Shown here: one piece after another, positions 30,843-41,066 of the stretch
How the letters are laid out: the number at the start of each line of letters is the position of its first letter
Position numbering within the stretch: position 1 is the stretch's first letter
From: Rhodospirillaceae bacterium
GTDB lineage: Bacteria; Pseudomonadota; Alphaproteobacteria; Rhodospirillales; Rhodospirillaceae
Direction of reading: 5' to 3'
Length of the DNA: 64,000 nt
Assembly: GCA_965207985.1 (NCBI GenBank)
Contig: CBDBND010000012.1
Location: 10,773-74,772 of the forward strand
The notes under the pieces: model-generated
Told to the model about the DNA's origin: nothing
The model's database searches: none
What the model saw: only the letters and a program-made list of their open reading frames with translations
Translations under genes and position numbers: made by a program

Positions 30843-32129
30843 GTGGCCGACACCGTAACCTTCATCGCCGACAATAAATCCTATGAATATCCGGTGCTGA
30901 GCGGGTCGACGGGCCCCGATGTGGTCGACATACGCAAGTTTTATGCTGATACCGGGATGTTCACCTACGACCCTGGGTTCACATCCACAGGCAGCTGTGA
31001 ATCTTCAATCACATACATTGACGGCGATAACGGCGTTCTGCTGCATCGCGGCTATCCCATCGAGCAGCTGGCGGAAAAATGCAATTTTGAAGAAGTCACT
31101 TACCTGCTCCTTCACGGTGAATTGCCTAATACCGAACAAAAGAACGGCTTCGAGCGCGATCTTACCTATCACTCGATGTTGCATGAACAGATCCACAATT
31201 TTTATTCCGGCTTCCGCCGGGATGCGCATCCCATGGCGATTATGTGTGGCGTTGTTGGCGCTTTGTCGGCTTTTTATCACGACAGTCTCGACATAACGAA
31301 CTCGGATCATCGCCGTATTTCGTCCCACCGCCTGATCGCCAAGATGCCGACCATCGCAGCCTGGGCGTACAAGTATTCACAGGGACAGCCATTCATATAC
31401 CCGCGTAATGACTTGGGCTATGCCGAGAATTTCTTGTACATGATGTTTGCCACGCCGTGTGAGGACTACGATGTCAATCCCATCCTGGCCAAGGCCATGG
31501 ACCGCATTCTCATTCTCCATGCCGACCACGAGCAAAATGCGTCTACATCGACAGTACGCTTGGCCGGCTCTTCAGGAGCTAACCCATTCGCCTGTATTGC
31601 CGCCGGCATCGCTTCTCTTTGGGGCCCGGCGCATGGCGGCGCCAACGAAGCTGTTCTCAATATGCTCAATGAAATCGGCGATGCCAGCCACATCGGCGAA
31701 TATGTCAACAAGGCTAAAGATAAGAATGATCCGTTCCGGCTCATGGGGTTCGGCCATCGGGTGTACAAAAACTACGACCCGCGCGCCAAAATTATGGCCC
31801 AGACCTGCAAGGAAGTGCTCGACGAATTGGGCATTAAGGACAACCCGCTTCTCGATATTGCCGTTGAACTGGAAAAAATCGCCCTTGAAGACGAATACTT
31901 CATCGAGAAAAAGCTTTATCCCAATGTCGATTTCTATTCGGGCATCATCTTCCAGGCCATGGGCATCCCGGTAACCATGTTCACTGCCCTGTTCGCCTTG
32001 GCGCGGACAACCGGCTGGATCTCCCAATGGAATGAAATGGTGGAAGATCCCCACCAGAAAATTGGCCGCCCGCGCCAGCTGTTTACGGGGCAAACATCCC
32101 GGGATCACGTTCCCCTGGATCAGCGATAA
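30843..32129 (+). CDS. gltA: Citrate synthase
   Basis: GTG 30843 is preceded by [40 protein letters not shown]. The ORF track start at 30777 adds 22 unlikely residues. Confidence 0.93.
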   Translation: MADTVTFIADNKSYEYPVLSGSTGPDVVDIRKFYADTGMFTYDPGFTSTGSCESSITYIDGDNGVLLHRGYPIEQLAEKCNFEEVTYLLLHGELPNTEQKNGFERDLTYHSMLHEQIHNFYSGFRRDAHPMAIMCGVVGALSAFYHDSLDITNSDHRRISSHRLIAKMPTIAAWAYKYSQGQPFIYPRNDLGYAENFLYMMFATPCEDYDVNPILAKAMDRILILHADHEQNASTSTVRLAGSSGANPFACIAAGIASLWGPAHGGANEAVLNMLNEIGDASHIGEYVNKAKDKNDPFRLMGFGHRVYKNYDPRAKIMAQTCKEVLDELGIKDNPLLDIAVELEKIALEDEYFIEKKLYPNVDFYSGIIFQAMGIPVTMFTALFALARTTGWISQWNEMVEDPHQKIGRPRQLFTGQTSRDHVPLDQR

Positions 32130-32152
32130 GGCTTGAACATCAAGGGTTTATC

Positions 32153-32179
32153 AACGGCGCCCCGAGAGGCGCCGTTTTT
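32153..32179 (+). terminator. Rho-independent terminator after gltA
   Basis: AACGGCGCC-CCGAGA-GGCGCCGTT followed by TTT; the T-run, which includes the last two stem bases, spans 32175-32179. Confidence 0.8.
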
Positions 32180-32266
32180 GCGAGTATGTCAAAGAGGGGC
32201 AACCTTTTGACCTCAACCTGCGTTTTTCCATACCGTGGACTTACATATCAGTAAGGGTTAGTCATC

Positions 32267-32561
32267 GTGGAAATCACCAGCATTGGCGTCTCCTCTGTGC
32301 TTGCCGCCCAGCAGGTGGTGAATGTCCGCGCCAACAACATCGTCAATGCTCAATCGGAAGGCTTTACCGCTGCCACGCCACTCCTGGTCAGTGAAGCCCC
32401 GGTTGGTGGTGTGGCTGTCTGTTCAGGACTCCGGCAACCCGGTAAATTTCATTACCGAAACCATCGGTCTGATCAATGCCTCCAATCAATACGAAGCGGC
32501 GGCGGCCCTGATCAGGACCGGGGATGAATTAAGCCGCACGCTGATTGATACGTTTGGGTAA
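32267..32561 (+). pseudogene. Mini flagellar-rod-like ORF (rod N- and C-terminal motifs only), frameshifted
   Basis: Frame 1 reads VVNVRANNIVNAQSEGF, which is rod N-motif-like. A second frame, entered at about 32400-32425, reads NFITETIGLINASNQYEAAAALIRTGDELSRTLID, which is rod C-motif-like. Confidence 0.4.
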
Positions 32562-32588
32562 CGTCACCTCACAGACACGACGTCCCTA

Positions 32589-33640
32589 GAGCGGTATGAT
32601 TTTAGGTTGGGTCATATCCTGCGTTTTTGAAATAGTTGGCGCATTCATTTGAGGTATAGGTATCGAGGAGTCTGCCGATGGCGGCTGAGACGGCCTCGAC
32701 GGTTCGCGGCGCTTCGAGGCGGAGCAGATGCTTGAGCTTGGCGAAGACCTGCTCGATGGGATTGAGGTCGGGGGAGTACTTGGGCAGGAACAGGAGCCGG
32801 GCGCCGGCCTGGCGGATGGCCTGTCGCACGGCCTTGGACTTGTGAGAGCCGAGGTTGTCCATGATGACGATGTCGCCGGGCTTGAGGGTTGGGACCAACA
32901 CGTCCTGCACATAGATGCGGAAGCGCTCGCCGTTGATCGGCCCGTCGACGAGCCAGGGCGCATCGATTCGGTCGTGGCGCAGCGCGGCGAGGAAGGTCGC
33001 GGTGTGCCAGCGGCCATGTGGCGCCTCGCCGATCAGTCGCGCGCCCTTTGACCCCCAGCCCCGCAGGGGCGCCATGTTGGTCCTGGTCCAGGTCTCGTCG
33101 ATGAACACCAGGCGCGTCGGGTCAACCCGGTCGCGGTACTTCAACCACTGAGCGCGGCGGCGCGCCACGTCACGGCGCCGACGCTCGCCAGCCACCAGCG
33201 TTTTTTTTATAGCTCAGGCCCTGCTCGTGAACGAAGGTCCAGACCGAACGGTAGTCCACCTTCAGGCCCCGATCCGCCAGCTCCCCGACAAGCCCATGAA
33301 GCGTGAAATCCCCCCGCGCCACCCGGTCCCGCAACCAGCGCTCGTGCGCCCCCCGGATCGCACGCGGCTTGTAACCGCCCATCCGGCCCGGCGCCGCGCT
33401 GCCCGTCCGCCGGTAGCGCGCCAGCCAGGCAACCGCCGTGCTCTCGCCGATCCCGAAATGCCGCGCCGCCGCCCGGCACGACATCCCGTCGCGCGACACA
33501 GCCGAAATAACCCGTTCTCGAAGATCAAGGGAATAAGCTCTTGCCATCCTTGCTGGCCTCCTTACCCAGCAAGAATCTTGAATCAGAAATCGAAAAGCTT
33601 GTGAATCCCTAAAATGACTCCGTCTAATCACATAAAGCTC
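32589..33640 (-). mobile_element. IS630-family insertion sequence, copy B (identical to copy A)
   Basis: TA lies at 32587-32588 and 33641-33642. Every ORF translation is identical to copy A at an offset of 14417 bp (orfA 33170-33547, orfB 32602-33195). Confidence 0.9.
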
Positions 33641-34806
33641 TAGGCTTCTCCTGAAGCCAAACTCAACACCACCTGCGCTGCTTTTTGACTCGGTTCCGAA
33701 CCGCCGGGCGTAAGCGCACTCAAGGCATGCTGAAATGCTTTCTGCTGGTTCGTTCGCATTGTTTCGTCACGGGTCAGGGTGAGCATTTCTTCGGTCAATA
33801 TATCGGCCCTGCATCGCTCCTGCAGACATTCCGGAATAACGGTTTCGTTCAGCAGAACATTGATGAGATTGACATGGGATGTTTTCGCCAAATGCTTAAA
33901 AGCAAAGGCTGAGAAGGGATTGACCTTGTATGCGATCACATGAGGGACATTCGCGCGCGCCAGTTCGAGTGTCACCGTGCCGGAGGCTGCGAGCGCCGCA
34001 TAGGAAGCGGCGAAAGCATCGTCCCGCGCCTCTTCCCCTGTGAATACTGATACGGGCATGGATAAAGAGCCTGCCCAAGTACGAACGACCGGTTCCACAC
34101 TGGGTACCGTCGGCACGGCGACGTGAAGTGCCGGGAGGTGATCTAACAGACCGGTGAGCGTTTCGCCAAACACCGGCGTCAATGCCTTCACTTCGGCAGA
34201 CCGGCTGCCCGGTAAAACAGAAACAACAGGTGTATCAATGTCGATGCCGTAACGTTCGCGGAAGCGCGCGCCGTTCCCGGAAAACGCCCCTTCCGTTACA
34301 GGATGACCCACCCAGGTCGCGTTGAGGCCGTGGTTTTCGAACAACGGCGGTTCAAATGGAAAGAGAGTGAGAATGTGGTCAATCCAGCCAGCCAGTTGCT
34401 TGGCGCGCCCTGGCCGCCATGCCCACAATTGAGGCGCGACGTAACGGACGCGTTTTATGGGACTGTTACACTTTGCAAGCGCCTTATGAACCCGACCAGT
34501 AAATCCCCATGAGTCAATGGTGACGAGGACATCAGGCTGAACGCGGTCAATATCCCGCAAAACGTCGCCGACACGGCGCAGCACCGTGCCCGCTTTGGGC
34601 AAGACTTCAAAAATTCCAAGAATTGCCAGATCGGATGGATCAAAAAGCGAATGCAGTCCGGCAGAGCTCATGGCTGGGCCACCGACGCCGTTGATAGTGA
34701 CACTGCTTTGAGTTTGATTTCTCAATGCGCCAATGAACCGCGCACCAAGCACGTCCCCGGACGGTTCCAAAGCGATGACATAGATGGACGGATTGTCTGA
34801 GCTCAT
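33640..34806 (-). CDS. lpxB: Lipid-A-disaccharide synthase
   Basis: 388 aa. IYVIALEPSGD, position in the lpx cluster, and a GT19-like sequence throughout. Confidence 0.9.
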   Translation of the reverse strand: MSSDNPSIYVIALEPSGDVLGARFIGALRNQTQSSVTINGVGGPAMSSAGLHSLFDPSDLAILGIFEVLPKAGTVLRRVGDVLRDIDRVQPDVLVTIDSWGFTGRVHKALAKCNSPIKRVRYVAPQLWAWRPGRAKQLAGWIDHILTLFPFEPPLFENHGLNATWVGHPVTEGAFSGNGARFRERYGIDIDTPVVSVLPGSRSAEVKALTPVFGETLTGLLDHLPALHVAVPTVPSVEPVVRTWAGSLSMPVSVFTGEEARDDAFAASYAALAASGTVTLELARANVPHVIAYKVNPFSAFAFKHLAKTSHVNLINVLLNETVIPECLQERCRADILTEEMLTLTRDETMRTNQQKAFQHALSALTPGGSEPSQKAAQVVLSLASGEA

Positions 34807-35663
34807 GCGGACTCTGCATCGCCATGTAAGGCGGTGACAAAAACACCGGCCGAATCTGCCCGGCGGACAACCTCGGTTTTGTCGATTACCAAAGTTGAGT
34901 CCGCTTCAATGACGATTCCGCCAATACCGGCCTGTTCACAGACGGTCACCGTATTGGGTCCGATGGCAGGCAAGTCCGCGCGCCGGTCTTGCCCGGGTTT
35001 TGAAACTTTAATTAATACGGGTGCCGGGCCGCTGCTCTTTAGTTGACCAGCCATGATAATCAGCGCGTCGGTTCCGTCTGCGGTTTCTTCTGACAGAACT
35101 CTTCCGTTTTGCACCACGATGGCCTGTCCTTGGTCGCGTGCGCCCAGCTCTTTTGCCGCTTTAAACCCCATCGTAATATCTGATTGCAGGTCGATCGACG
35201 GTGCATGCGCACCCAAAACGCCCGCGCTTACCAACAGATTGGACAGCACCTCCTCGACGGCGATGACGGCGAATCCCTCAATCTCAAATTCCTTAATGAC
35301 CGCCCTTAATATCCGGTCGTCTCCCACGCCGTTACGGTCGAGAAAAGCACGGGTACCGATCCGCGCAAGGAATTTTGCCGTGCGCCAATCAGGTTTAAGC
35401 TCGTTCAGCAACGGCCTGTGGACACGTCCCGCCATAACAACTTCTTTGACACCGACCTGACGCAGTTTTTCAAAACCGGACGCCGCATCACTAAGGGACA
35501 TCCAGTGAGCCGCCGCATCTATAATCGCATCCGCATCGGCATTGCCGTTAAGGGCTAAGACGGAATAAGGCCGCCCTTGAGTGCGACAGGCATCGATGAG
35601 AAGTGCCGGAAGCTGACCACCACCGGCAATGATGCCCAGTTTTTCGTGCGATTGAGGTGTCAT
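34803..35663 (-). CDS. lpxI: UDP-2,3-diacylglucosamine diphosphatase, LpxI type (DUF1009)
   Basis: LGIIAGGGQLP at the N-terminus, and the position between lpxA and lpxB that is typical of alphaproteobacteria. Confidence 0.85.
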   Translation of the reverse strand: MTPQSHEKLGIIAGGGQLPALLIDACRTQGRPYSVLALNGNADADAIIDAAAHWMSLSDAASGFEKLRQVGVKEVVMAGRVHRPLLNELKPDWRTAKFLARIGTRAFLDRNGVGDDRILRAVIKEFEIEGFAVIAVEEVLSNLLVSAGVLGAHAPSIDLQSDITMGFKAAKELGARDQGQAIVVQNGRVLSEETADGTDALIIMAGQLKSSGPAPVLIKVSKPGQDRRADLPAIGPNTVTVCEQAGIGGIVIEADSTLVIDKTEVVRRADSAGVFVTALHGDAESA

Positions 35664-35699
35664 CGCTCTGAGTATAGCGTGGGAGTAAGACGGCAGCCG

Positions 35700-36506
35700 T
35701 TATGGGCCATTGCCATTGGACGACAAAGGCTGACAAATGGCCCGGTTTGAATCCGCGCGAATGAATTCCACGATATCCATAACACCCGGGTGATCGCTAA
35801 ACAGATCTGCGACTTCGCTTAAGCGTTCTGACATGTTGCCGCCTTGGGAGAATAAGAGCCCGTAGGCGGTCCGTAGCGAACGAATGTCTTCTCGTGAGAA
35901 TCCACGGCGGCGTAGCCCAATGACGTTCAAGCCTGCAAGCCGGGCACGGTTACCTTTTACCGACCCGTACGGAATGACATCGTTTTCCACAGCCGAACAT
36001 CCGCCGATCATGGAGTGTTTGCCAACGCGGACATATTGGTGAATACCCGAAAGGCCGCCAATGATGGCAAATTCGTCGACAATGACATGACCACCGAGCG
36101 CCACATTGTTAGTGAGGATCACATAATCGGCAATGATGCAGTCGTGGGCCACATGGCTGCCCACCATAAACAAGCAGTTGTCACCCACCGCCGTCGTCAT
36201 CCGGCCGCTTTCCGTTCCCGGATGCATGGTGACGTGTTCGCGAATGGAATTGTTTTCCCCAATGACCAACGTCGACGGTTCGCCTTTGAAGTTTGCATGC
36301 TGAGGAGGCAGACCTAAGGTGACGAAGGGATGAACGACGGTATTGGCGCCGACGCTGGTATGACCGTCGACAACAACATGGGAAAGAAGCTTGACGTTGT
36401 CGGCAAGCTTCACGTTTGGGCCGACAACGCAATACGGGCCTATGGAGACGGACCCAGCAATACACGCTGATGAATCGACCAAGGCGGTCCCATGGATCTC
36501 TGTCAT
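35700..36506 (-). CDS. lpxA: Acyl-ACP--UDP-N-acetylglucosamine O-acyltransferase
   Basis: Hexapeptide repeats and the C-terminal helical domain. 268 aa. Confidence 0.93.
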   Translation of the reverse strand: MTEIHGTALVDSSACIAGSVSIGPYCVVGPNVKLADNVKLLSHVVVDGHTSVGANTVVHPFVTLGLPPQHANFKGEPSTLVIGENNSIREHVTMHPGTESGRMTTAVGDNCLFMVGSHVAHDCIIADYVILTNNVALGGHVIVDEFAIIGGLSGIHQYVRVGKHSMIGGCSAVENDVIPYGSVKGNRARLAGLNVIGLRRRGFSREDIRSLRTAYGLLFSQGGNMSERLSEVADLFSDHPGVMDIVEFIRADSNRAICQPLSSNGNGP

Positions 36507-36510
36507 AAAG

Positions 36511-36978
36511 TTATTGATCCATGATCATGGCGGAGTACGTGGCCTCTGCCACCACCGTATCGCCAACGCGCGCTTCACCGTGGAATTTCCATACAGTGGC
36601 GCGTTGCTTCACCTTGGTGCAAACAAGATGCAGTTGATCGCCCGGCTCGACAGGCTGGCGAAACCGTGCGTTGTCAATGGTCATGAAATAGACCAGCTTG
36701 CCTTCGGCTTCCTCGCCAAGTGTATGGACAACAAGAACGGCCGCCGTTTGGGCCATAGCTTCGACAATTAAGACTCCGGGCATAACTGGCCGGTCTGGGA
36801 AATGGCCCTGAAAAAATGGTTCGTTAATAGTTACGTTCTTGATTCCAACGGCGCTTTCGCCGGGCACAACATCCTCTACCCGGTCCACCAAAAGGAATGG
36901 GTAACGATGGGGAATCATTTCAATGATTCGATTGATATCGATGGTGGAGGTCGAAGCCTTAATCGTTTCGCCGTCCAT
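36511..36978 (-). CDS. fabZ: 3-hydroxyacyl-ACP dehydratase
   Basis: LPHRYPFLLVDRV, FFQGHFP, PGVLIVEAMAQ. ATG 36978 has GAAGGA upstream. The track's TTG at 37005 is the alternative start. Confidence 0.92.
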   Translation of the reverse strand: MDGETIKASTSTIDINRIIEMIPHRYPFLLVDRVEDVVPGESAVGIKNVTINEPFFQGHFPDRPVMPGVLIVEAMAQTAAVLVVHTLGEEAEGKLVYFMTIDNARFRQPVEPGDQLHLVCTKVKQRATVWKFHGEARVGDTVVAEATYSAMIMDQ

Positions 36979-37011
36979 AGCCTGAATTCCTTCGTCAAAT
37001 ACCAAGGTCTA

Positions 37012-38055
37012 TTAAGAGGACTTTCCTTTTCCGGTCAACCTGCCGATGGCGGCCACTTCACGCCAAAAGGTGCGAATGGGTTTGGCCGGATATCCCATCA
37101 CCGCACCACCGGGCGGCACATCGCGCATAACACCTGACTTTGCCGCTATTTGCGCTTTGGGCCCAACGTTTACATGGTCCGCCAGGCCAACCTGACCGGC
37201 GATGACAACGTCATCTCCAATGGTACAACTGCCAGACAATCCAACTTGGGAAATGATAATACACCGTGCACCCAAGGTTACGTTATGACCGATCTGAACC
37301 AAGTTATCGATTCTACACCCAGTGCCAATCAAGGTATCACCTAAAGTTCCCCTATCAATTGTCGTATTCGCACCGATTTCGACATCATCCTCTATGACGA
37401 CGCGGCCCAATTGGGGGACCTTGCGGTGCCGGCCTGCGGCCTTGTCGAAAACAAACCCGAACCCATCCTGCCCGATACGCACACCGGCATGAAGGACAAC
37501 CCCTTTGCCGATGACGGCGCAATAAATGGAAACATCGGCGCCGATCTGGCTGTCTTCGCCTATCACAACACCGGCCCCGAGCGTCGAATTTGGTCCGATA
37601 CGGCTGCGTGCACCGATCATCACTTCCGGTCCAACCACGGCTCCTGCTTCGATAACAACGTCTTCTGCAATGACCAAATCCGGATGCACCAATGCGCCGT
37701 TGGGCATGGTTTGGATATCCATCACCGGTTCGGACATGGTTGGATAAAAAGCATCAGCCGCAATGGCGAAGGCTGCCAGCGGATCATCGACTTCAAGAAC
37801 GATGGATCCGGGTGGCGCGGACTTCATCATAGACGACGTTGTAAAACAGGCGCCGGCCTTGCTGGATTTCGCCGCACTTGCGAATTGTGGACTGGTCAGA
37901 TAGCAGAGATCACCAGCTGTGGCGTCGGCCAAATCAGCAAGATCCGCAATGAGCTTGTCTAAATCAGCATCGGGGTATGAATTTGCCCCGGTCCAGGCGA
38001 TGATTTCACGAACACGGAACGGACCCGTGCGCCTAAAAAACCGGGGATCTGGCAT
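37012..38055 (-). CDS. lpxD: UDP-3-O-acylglucosamine N-acyltransferase
   Basis: 347 aa with an LbH hexapeptide repeat region and the LpxD N-terminal domain. Confidence 0.93.
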   Translation of the reverse strand: MPDPRFFRRTGPFRVREIIAWTGANSYPDADLDKLIADLADLADATAGDLCYLTSPQFASAAKSSKAGACFTTSSMMKSAPPGSIVLEVDDPLAAFAIAADAFYPTMSEPVMDIQTMPNGALVHPDLVIAEDVVIEAGAVVGPEVMIGARSRIGPNSTLGAGVVIGEDSQIGADVSIYCAVIGKGVVLHAGVRIGQDGFGFVFDKAAGRHRKVPQLGRVVIEDDVEIGANTTIDRGTLGDTLIGTGCRIDNLVQIGHNVTLGARCIIISQVGLSGSCTIGDDVVIAGQVGLADHVNVGPKAQIAAKSGVMRDVPPGGAVMGYPAKPIRTFWREVAAIGRLTGKGKSS

Positions 38056-38069
38056 GGATGGCCCTCGGC

Positions 38070-38681
38070 CTATTCGATAGAAGTTTCACCTTCTGCCGGT
38101 GCGGCACCGCCTTCCGGATCTTGGAAAGCGACCTGCGGCAATCTTTCATTTAAACGTTCTAGAACATCACGGGTGATATCCATTGAAGGGTCTGACAACA
38201 ACACCACATTTTGCGCCATGACCATGTTCAAGCCGCGTTCCTGTGCCACTTGGCTAGTAATGCGCAAGACTTCCTGATTAATTTCCACCCTTGCTTGCTG
38301 AAACACCGCTGTCAAATTTTGATCTTTGACTCTGACCTTTTGCTGTTCCGTCGCAAATCTTTGCTGAAATTCTTCGACCTGCTGCTGAAACACTTCAGGT
38401 GACAGAACATTTCTCTGTTGCGTGAGTCTTTGTTCTTCTTCCCGCAGCTCTTCTTCTATGTCTTTGAATTCCTGCTGGTAACGGGCAACGTACTTGTCCC
38501 GCTCGAGCCGTACGCCTTTATGAGCGAGAGAATCCCGCTCGATGATTTCCGTATTCAAGACGCCTATAACAGGCCGTGTAGACCCACTCTGTTGAGCGTT
38601 GACGGTCACTGGCAAAATGCTAACTGCCAACACTAGTCCGCAAGCAGCTGCGACCAGTTGTAAGGGGAAAGTTTTCTTCAT
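38070..38681 (-). CDS. skp: OmpH/Skp periplasmic chaperone
   Basis: A signal peptide followed by a Gln/Glu-rich coiled coil, positioned between bamA and lpxD. Confidence 0.85.
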   Translation of the reverse strand: MKKTFPLQLVAAACGLVLAVSILPVTVNAQQSGSTRPVIGVLNTEIIERDSLAHKGVRLERDKYVARYQQEFKDIEEELREEEQRLTQQRNVLSPEVFQQQVEEFQQRFATEQQKVRVKDQNLTAVFQQARVEINQEVLRITSQVAQERGLNMVMAQNVVLLSDPSMDITRDVLERLNERLPQVAFQDPEGGAAPAEGETSIE

Positions 38682-38685
38682 TGTT

Positions 38686-41007
38686 CTAAAACCTTTGTCC
38701 GAAGTTCACACGGAAACTTTCTGTAATATCAAAATCCGCTTGTCGTACAACGTGAGCCCAATCAATGTTGATGGGGCCGACGGGTGATTCCCATTCAATT
38801 CCCACGCCTACCGAGCCCCGAATGCGTTTTGACTGGAAAATATCGTCCCTTCTATCTTTGAGATCAGTCGGTGATCCAATCGTACCCCAGTCCGAAAACA
38901 TCTTCGGCGTAATTCCGATTTCCTCGGGCAAACCGATGGGAATCTTCATTTCGGCACGCGCGGTTGCGATCCAATCGCCACCAACAGCGTCCGAGCTAAA
39001 GAAACCCTGACCTGGATTTGGTCGGACACGAGGGCTGGCCCCAAAGTCGTCAAAGCCGCGCAGGTTGTTACCACCAAGTTGAAATCTTTGAAAGATTTTG
39101 ATGTCTTCGCCAATTCCCACGATATAGCCGGCACTGGCTGTGGCACTGAAGATCCAGCCCTCAAAGAATTCCTCATAATACCCAGCGGCCAAGTTAGATC
39201 GTAGGTACTTCTCGGTCCCCCCGAGGCCGGCTAAGTCATTGGAAAGGCTAATAAAGTATCCATCTGACGGATCAATAACGTTATTCCGCCTGTCGATGGC
39301 AAAGGTCTGGCTGACTTGGGATGTGGTGGTGGTCCCTAACTGTTCTTCCACGAATGGGGAGGTAACGAAATCCGATTTCAAACGCGTCCAAGAAATCAAA
39401 TAGCTCAACCGCTGAAACATGTACTCGTTATAGTTAAAGCCTAATCTCAGGGTTGAGCCCAAGGACTGGCTGATGAACCCGGCCTCATCGAGGAAGTCGG
39501 TTTCGGTAGCGAAAATGTCGGCACCCGCAGCAAGACGGCGGTTCAGAAAATAGGGTTCAGTGAAACCGAGGTCGATTTGCGTTTGCTGCTGAGCGAGACT
39601 GAAGTTGAAGCGAAGGTCCTGACCCTTACCGAGCAAGTTACGCTCGCGAATGCCAATATCGAACAACGCACCCGAAGCACTGGAAAACCCGATACCGAAC
39701 TGCAATTCGCCGGTCGACTGCTCTTCGACCGTTGCCGTGACGACGGTGCGATCCGGGAAAATTTCGGAAGGCACATTATCGACTTCGACTTCCGAAAAGT
39801 AGCCCAGGTTTTGTAGCCGTTCCCGCGACCGGCGCAGTCGTGCCGTATTGAATGCGTCCCCTTCGACCAGGCGGAATTCCCGGCGGATCACTCTGTCAAG
39901 AGTGCGGACGTTTCCGGTGATGTCGATCCGTTCAACAAAAACCCGCGGGCCTTCTTGAACATCAAACATGATGTCGATGGTCCGTTCTTCCACATTGCGC
40001 GCGATGCGGGGGCGGACATCGACGAAGGCGTAGCCAAAGGCGCCAATCACGTCAGTAAAAACATCGATGGTGTCTTCGATCTCTTCGGCGTTGTACCAAT
40101 CGCCAGGCCTAGGAACGATGGCCGCCCTGACAATATCGGAATCTAGATTAGGGATTGAGACATCCACATCCAGATTTCCAAACCGGTAACGCGGCCCCTC
40201 ATCCAGAGTGATGGTGATGAAAAAGCTCTGGCGGTCTGGTGACAGTTCGGCAACGGCCGAAATCACCTCAAAGTCCGCATAGCCCTCTGATAGATAAAAA
40301 CGTCGCAGCAACTCCTGATCAAAGGCAAGCCTATCCGGATCATAAGTGTCGTTGGAGGTCAGGAAACGCCACCAGCGTTCTTCTCGTGTGAGCACCACGT
40401 CGCGCAAGTCGCCATCCGAATACTCTTCGTTGCCAATGAAAGTGATTTTGCGCACATAGGTCGGATCGCCTTCGTTGATTTCGAAAACCAAATCGACCCG
40501 GTTTTGCGGCAGTTCGATAACTTTGGGTTCAACCGTAACCGCAAACCGGCCGCTGCGTCTGTAAAGGTCCAAAATCCGTTCGACGTCTTGTTGAACCTTT
40601 GTCCGGGTATAGACGACCCGTGGCCGTAACTGAACTTCGGGTTCCATTTCGTCGTTGTCGATCCGGTCATTTCCTTCAAAGGTAATCCGGTTGATGATCG
40701 GGTTCTCCACAACCCGAATGATCATGATGTCGCCCTGACGCCCGATACTGACATCAGCAAACAAACCGGTGGCAAAAAGATTCTTCAGAGACCTGTCGAT
40801 GGCGACGGGATCAAACGGATCCCCTTCTTGCACGGCGATGTACGTGCGAATGGTCGCAGGCTCGATCCGCTGATTACCCTGAACTGCAATTTGCGCAATG
40901 GTTCCGCCGAACTGCTGAGCCTTGGCGGGAAGGACCACGACCACGCTCGCCAGAGCGGCGAAGACAGCAAGTGCCACAATTTTCGGTGTTCCGGTCAGCC
41001 CTCGCAT
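38686..41007 (-). CDS. bamA: Outer membrane protein assembly factor BamA
   Basis: 773 aa with POTRA repeats and an Omp85 barrel. It ends with ...FRVNFGQRF. Confidence 0.95.
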   Translation of the reverse strand: MRGLTGTPKIVALAVFAALASVVVVLPAKAQQFGGTIAQIAVQGNQRIEPATIRTYIAVQEGDPFDPVAIDRSLKNLFATGLFADVSIGRQGDIMIIRVVENPIINRITFEGNDRIDNDEMEPEVQLRPRVVYTRTKVQQDVERILDLYRRSGRFAVTVEPKVIELPQNRVDLVFEINEGDPTYVRKITFIGNEEYSDGDLRDVVLTREERWWRFLTSNDTYDPDRLAFDQELLRRFYLSEGYADFEVISAVAELSPDRQSFFITITLDEGPRYRFGNLDVDVSIPNLDSDIVRAAIVPRPGDWYNAEEIEDTIDVFTDVIGAFGYAFVDVRPRIARNVEERTIDIMFDVQEGPRVFVERIDITGNVRTLDRVIRREFRLVEGDAFNTARLRRSRERLQNLGYFSEVEVDNVPSEIFPDRTVVTATVEEQSTGELQFGIGFSSASGALFDIGIRERNLLGKGQDLRFNFSLAQQQTQIDLGFTEPYFLNRRLAAGADIFATETDFLDEAGFISQSLGSTLRLGFNYNEYMFQRLSYLISWTRLKSDFVTSPFVEEQLGTTTTSQVSQTFAIDRRNNVIDPSDGYFISLSNDLAGLGGTEKYLRSNLAAGYYEEFFEGWIFSATASAGYIVGIGEDIKIFQRFQLGGNNLRGFDDFGASPRVRPNPGQGFFSSDAVGGDWIATARAEMKIPIGLPEEIGITPKMFSDWGTIGSPTDLKDRRDDIFQSKRIRGSVGVGIEWESPVGPINIDWAHVVRQADFDITESFRVNFGQRF

Positions 41008-41066
41008 GGCTCCTCTTTTTACCTTTTCTTGTCCAGGTCCCGTGCGGGCGGATCGTACTTAAACTG

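Noticed and set aside
18172-33640. The two IS630 copies as a composite transposon carrying the intervening genes.
   Set aside because: The intervening genes follow the conserved alphaproteobacterial housekeeping order and continue seamlessly into lpxB and beyond. The copies are independent insertions.
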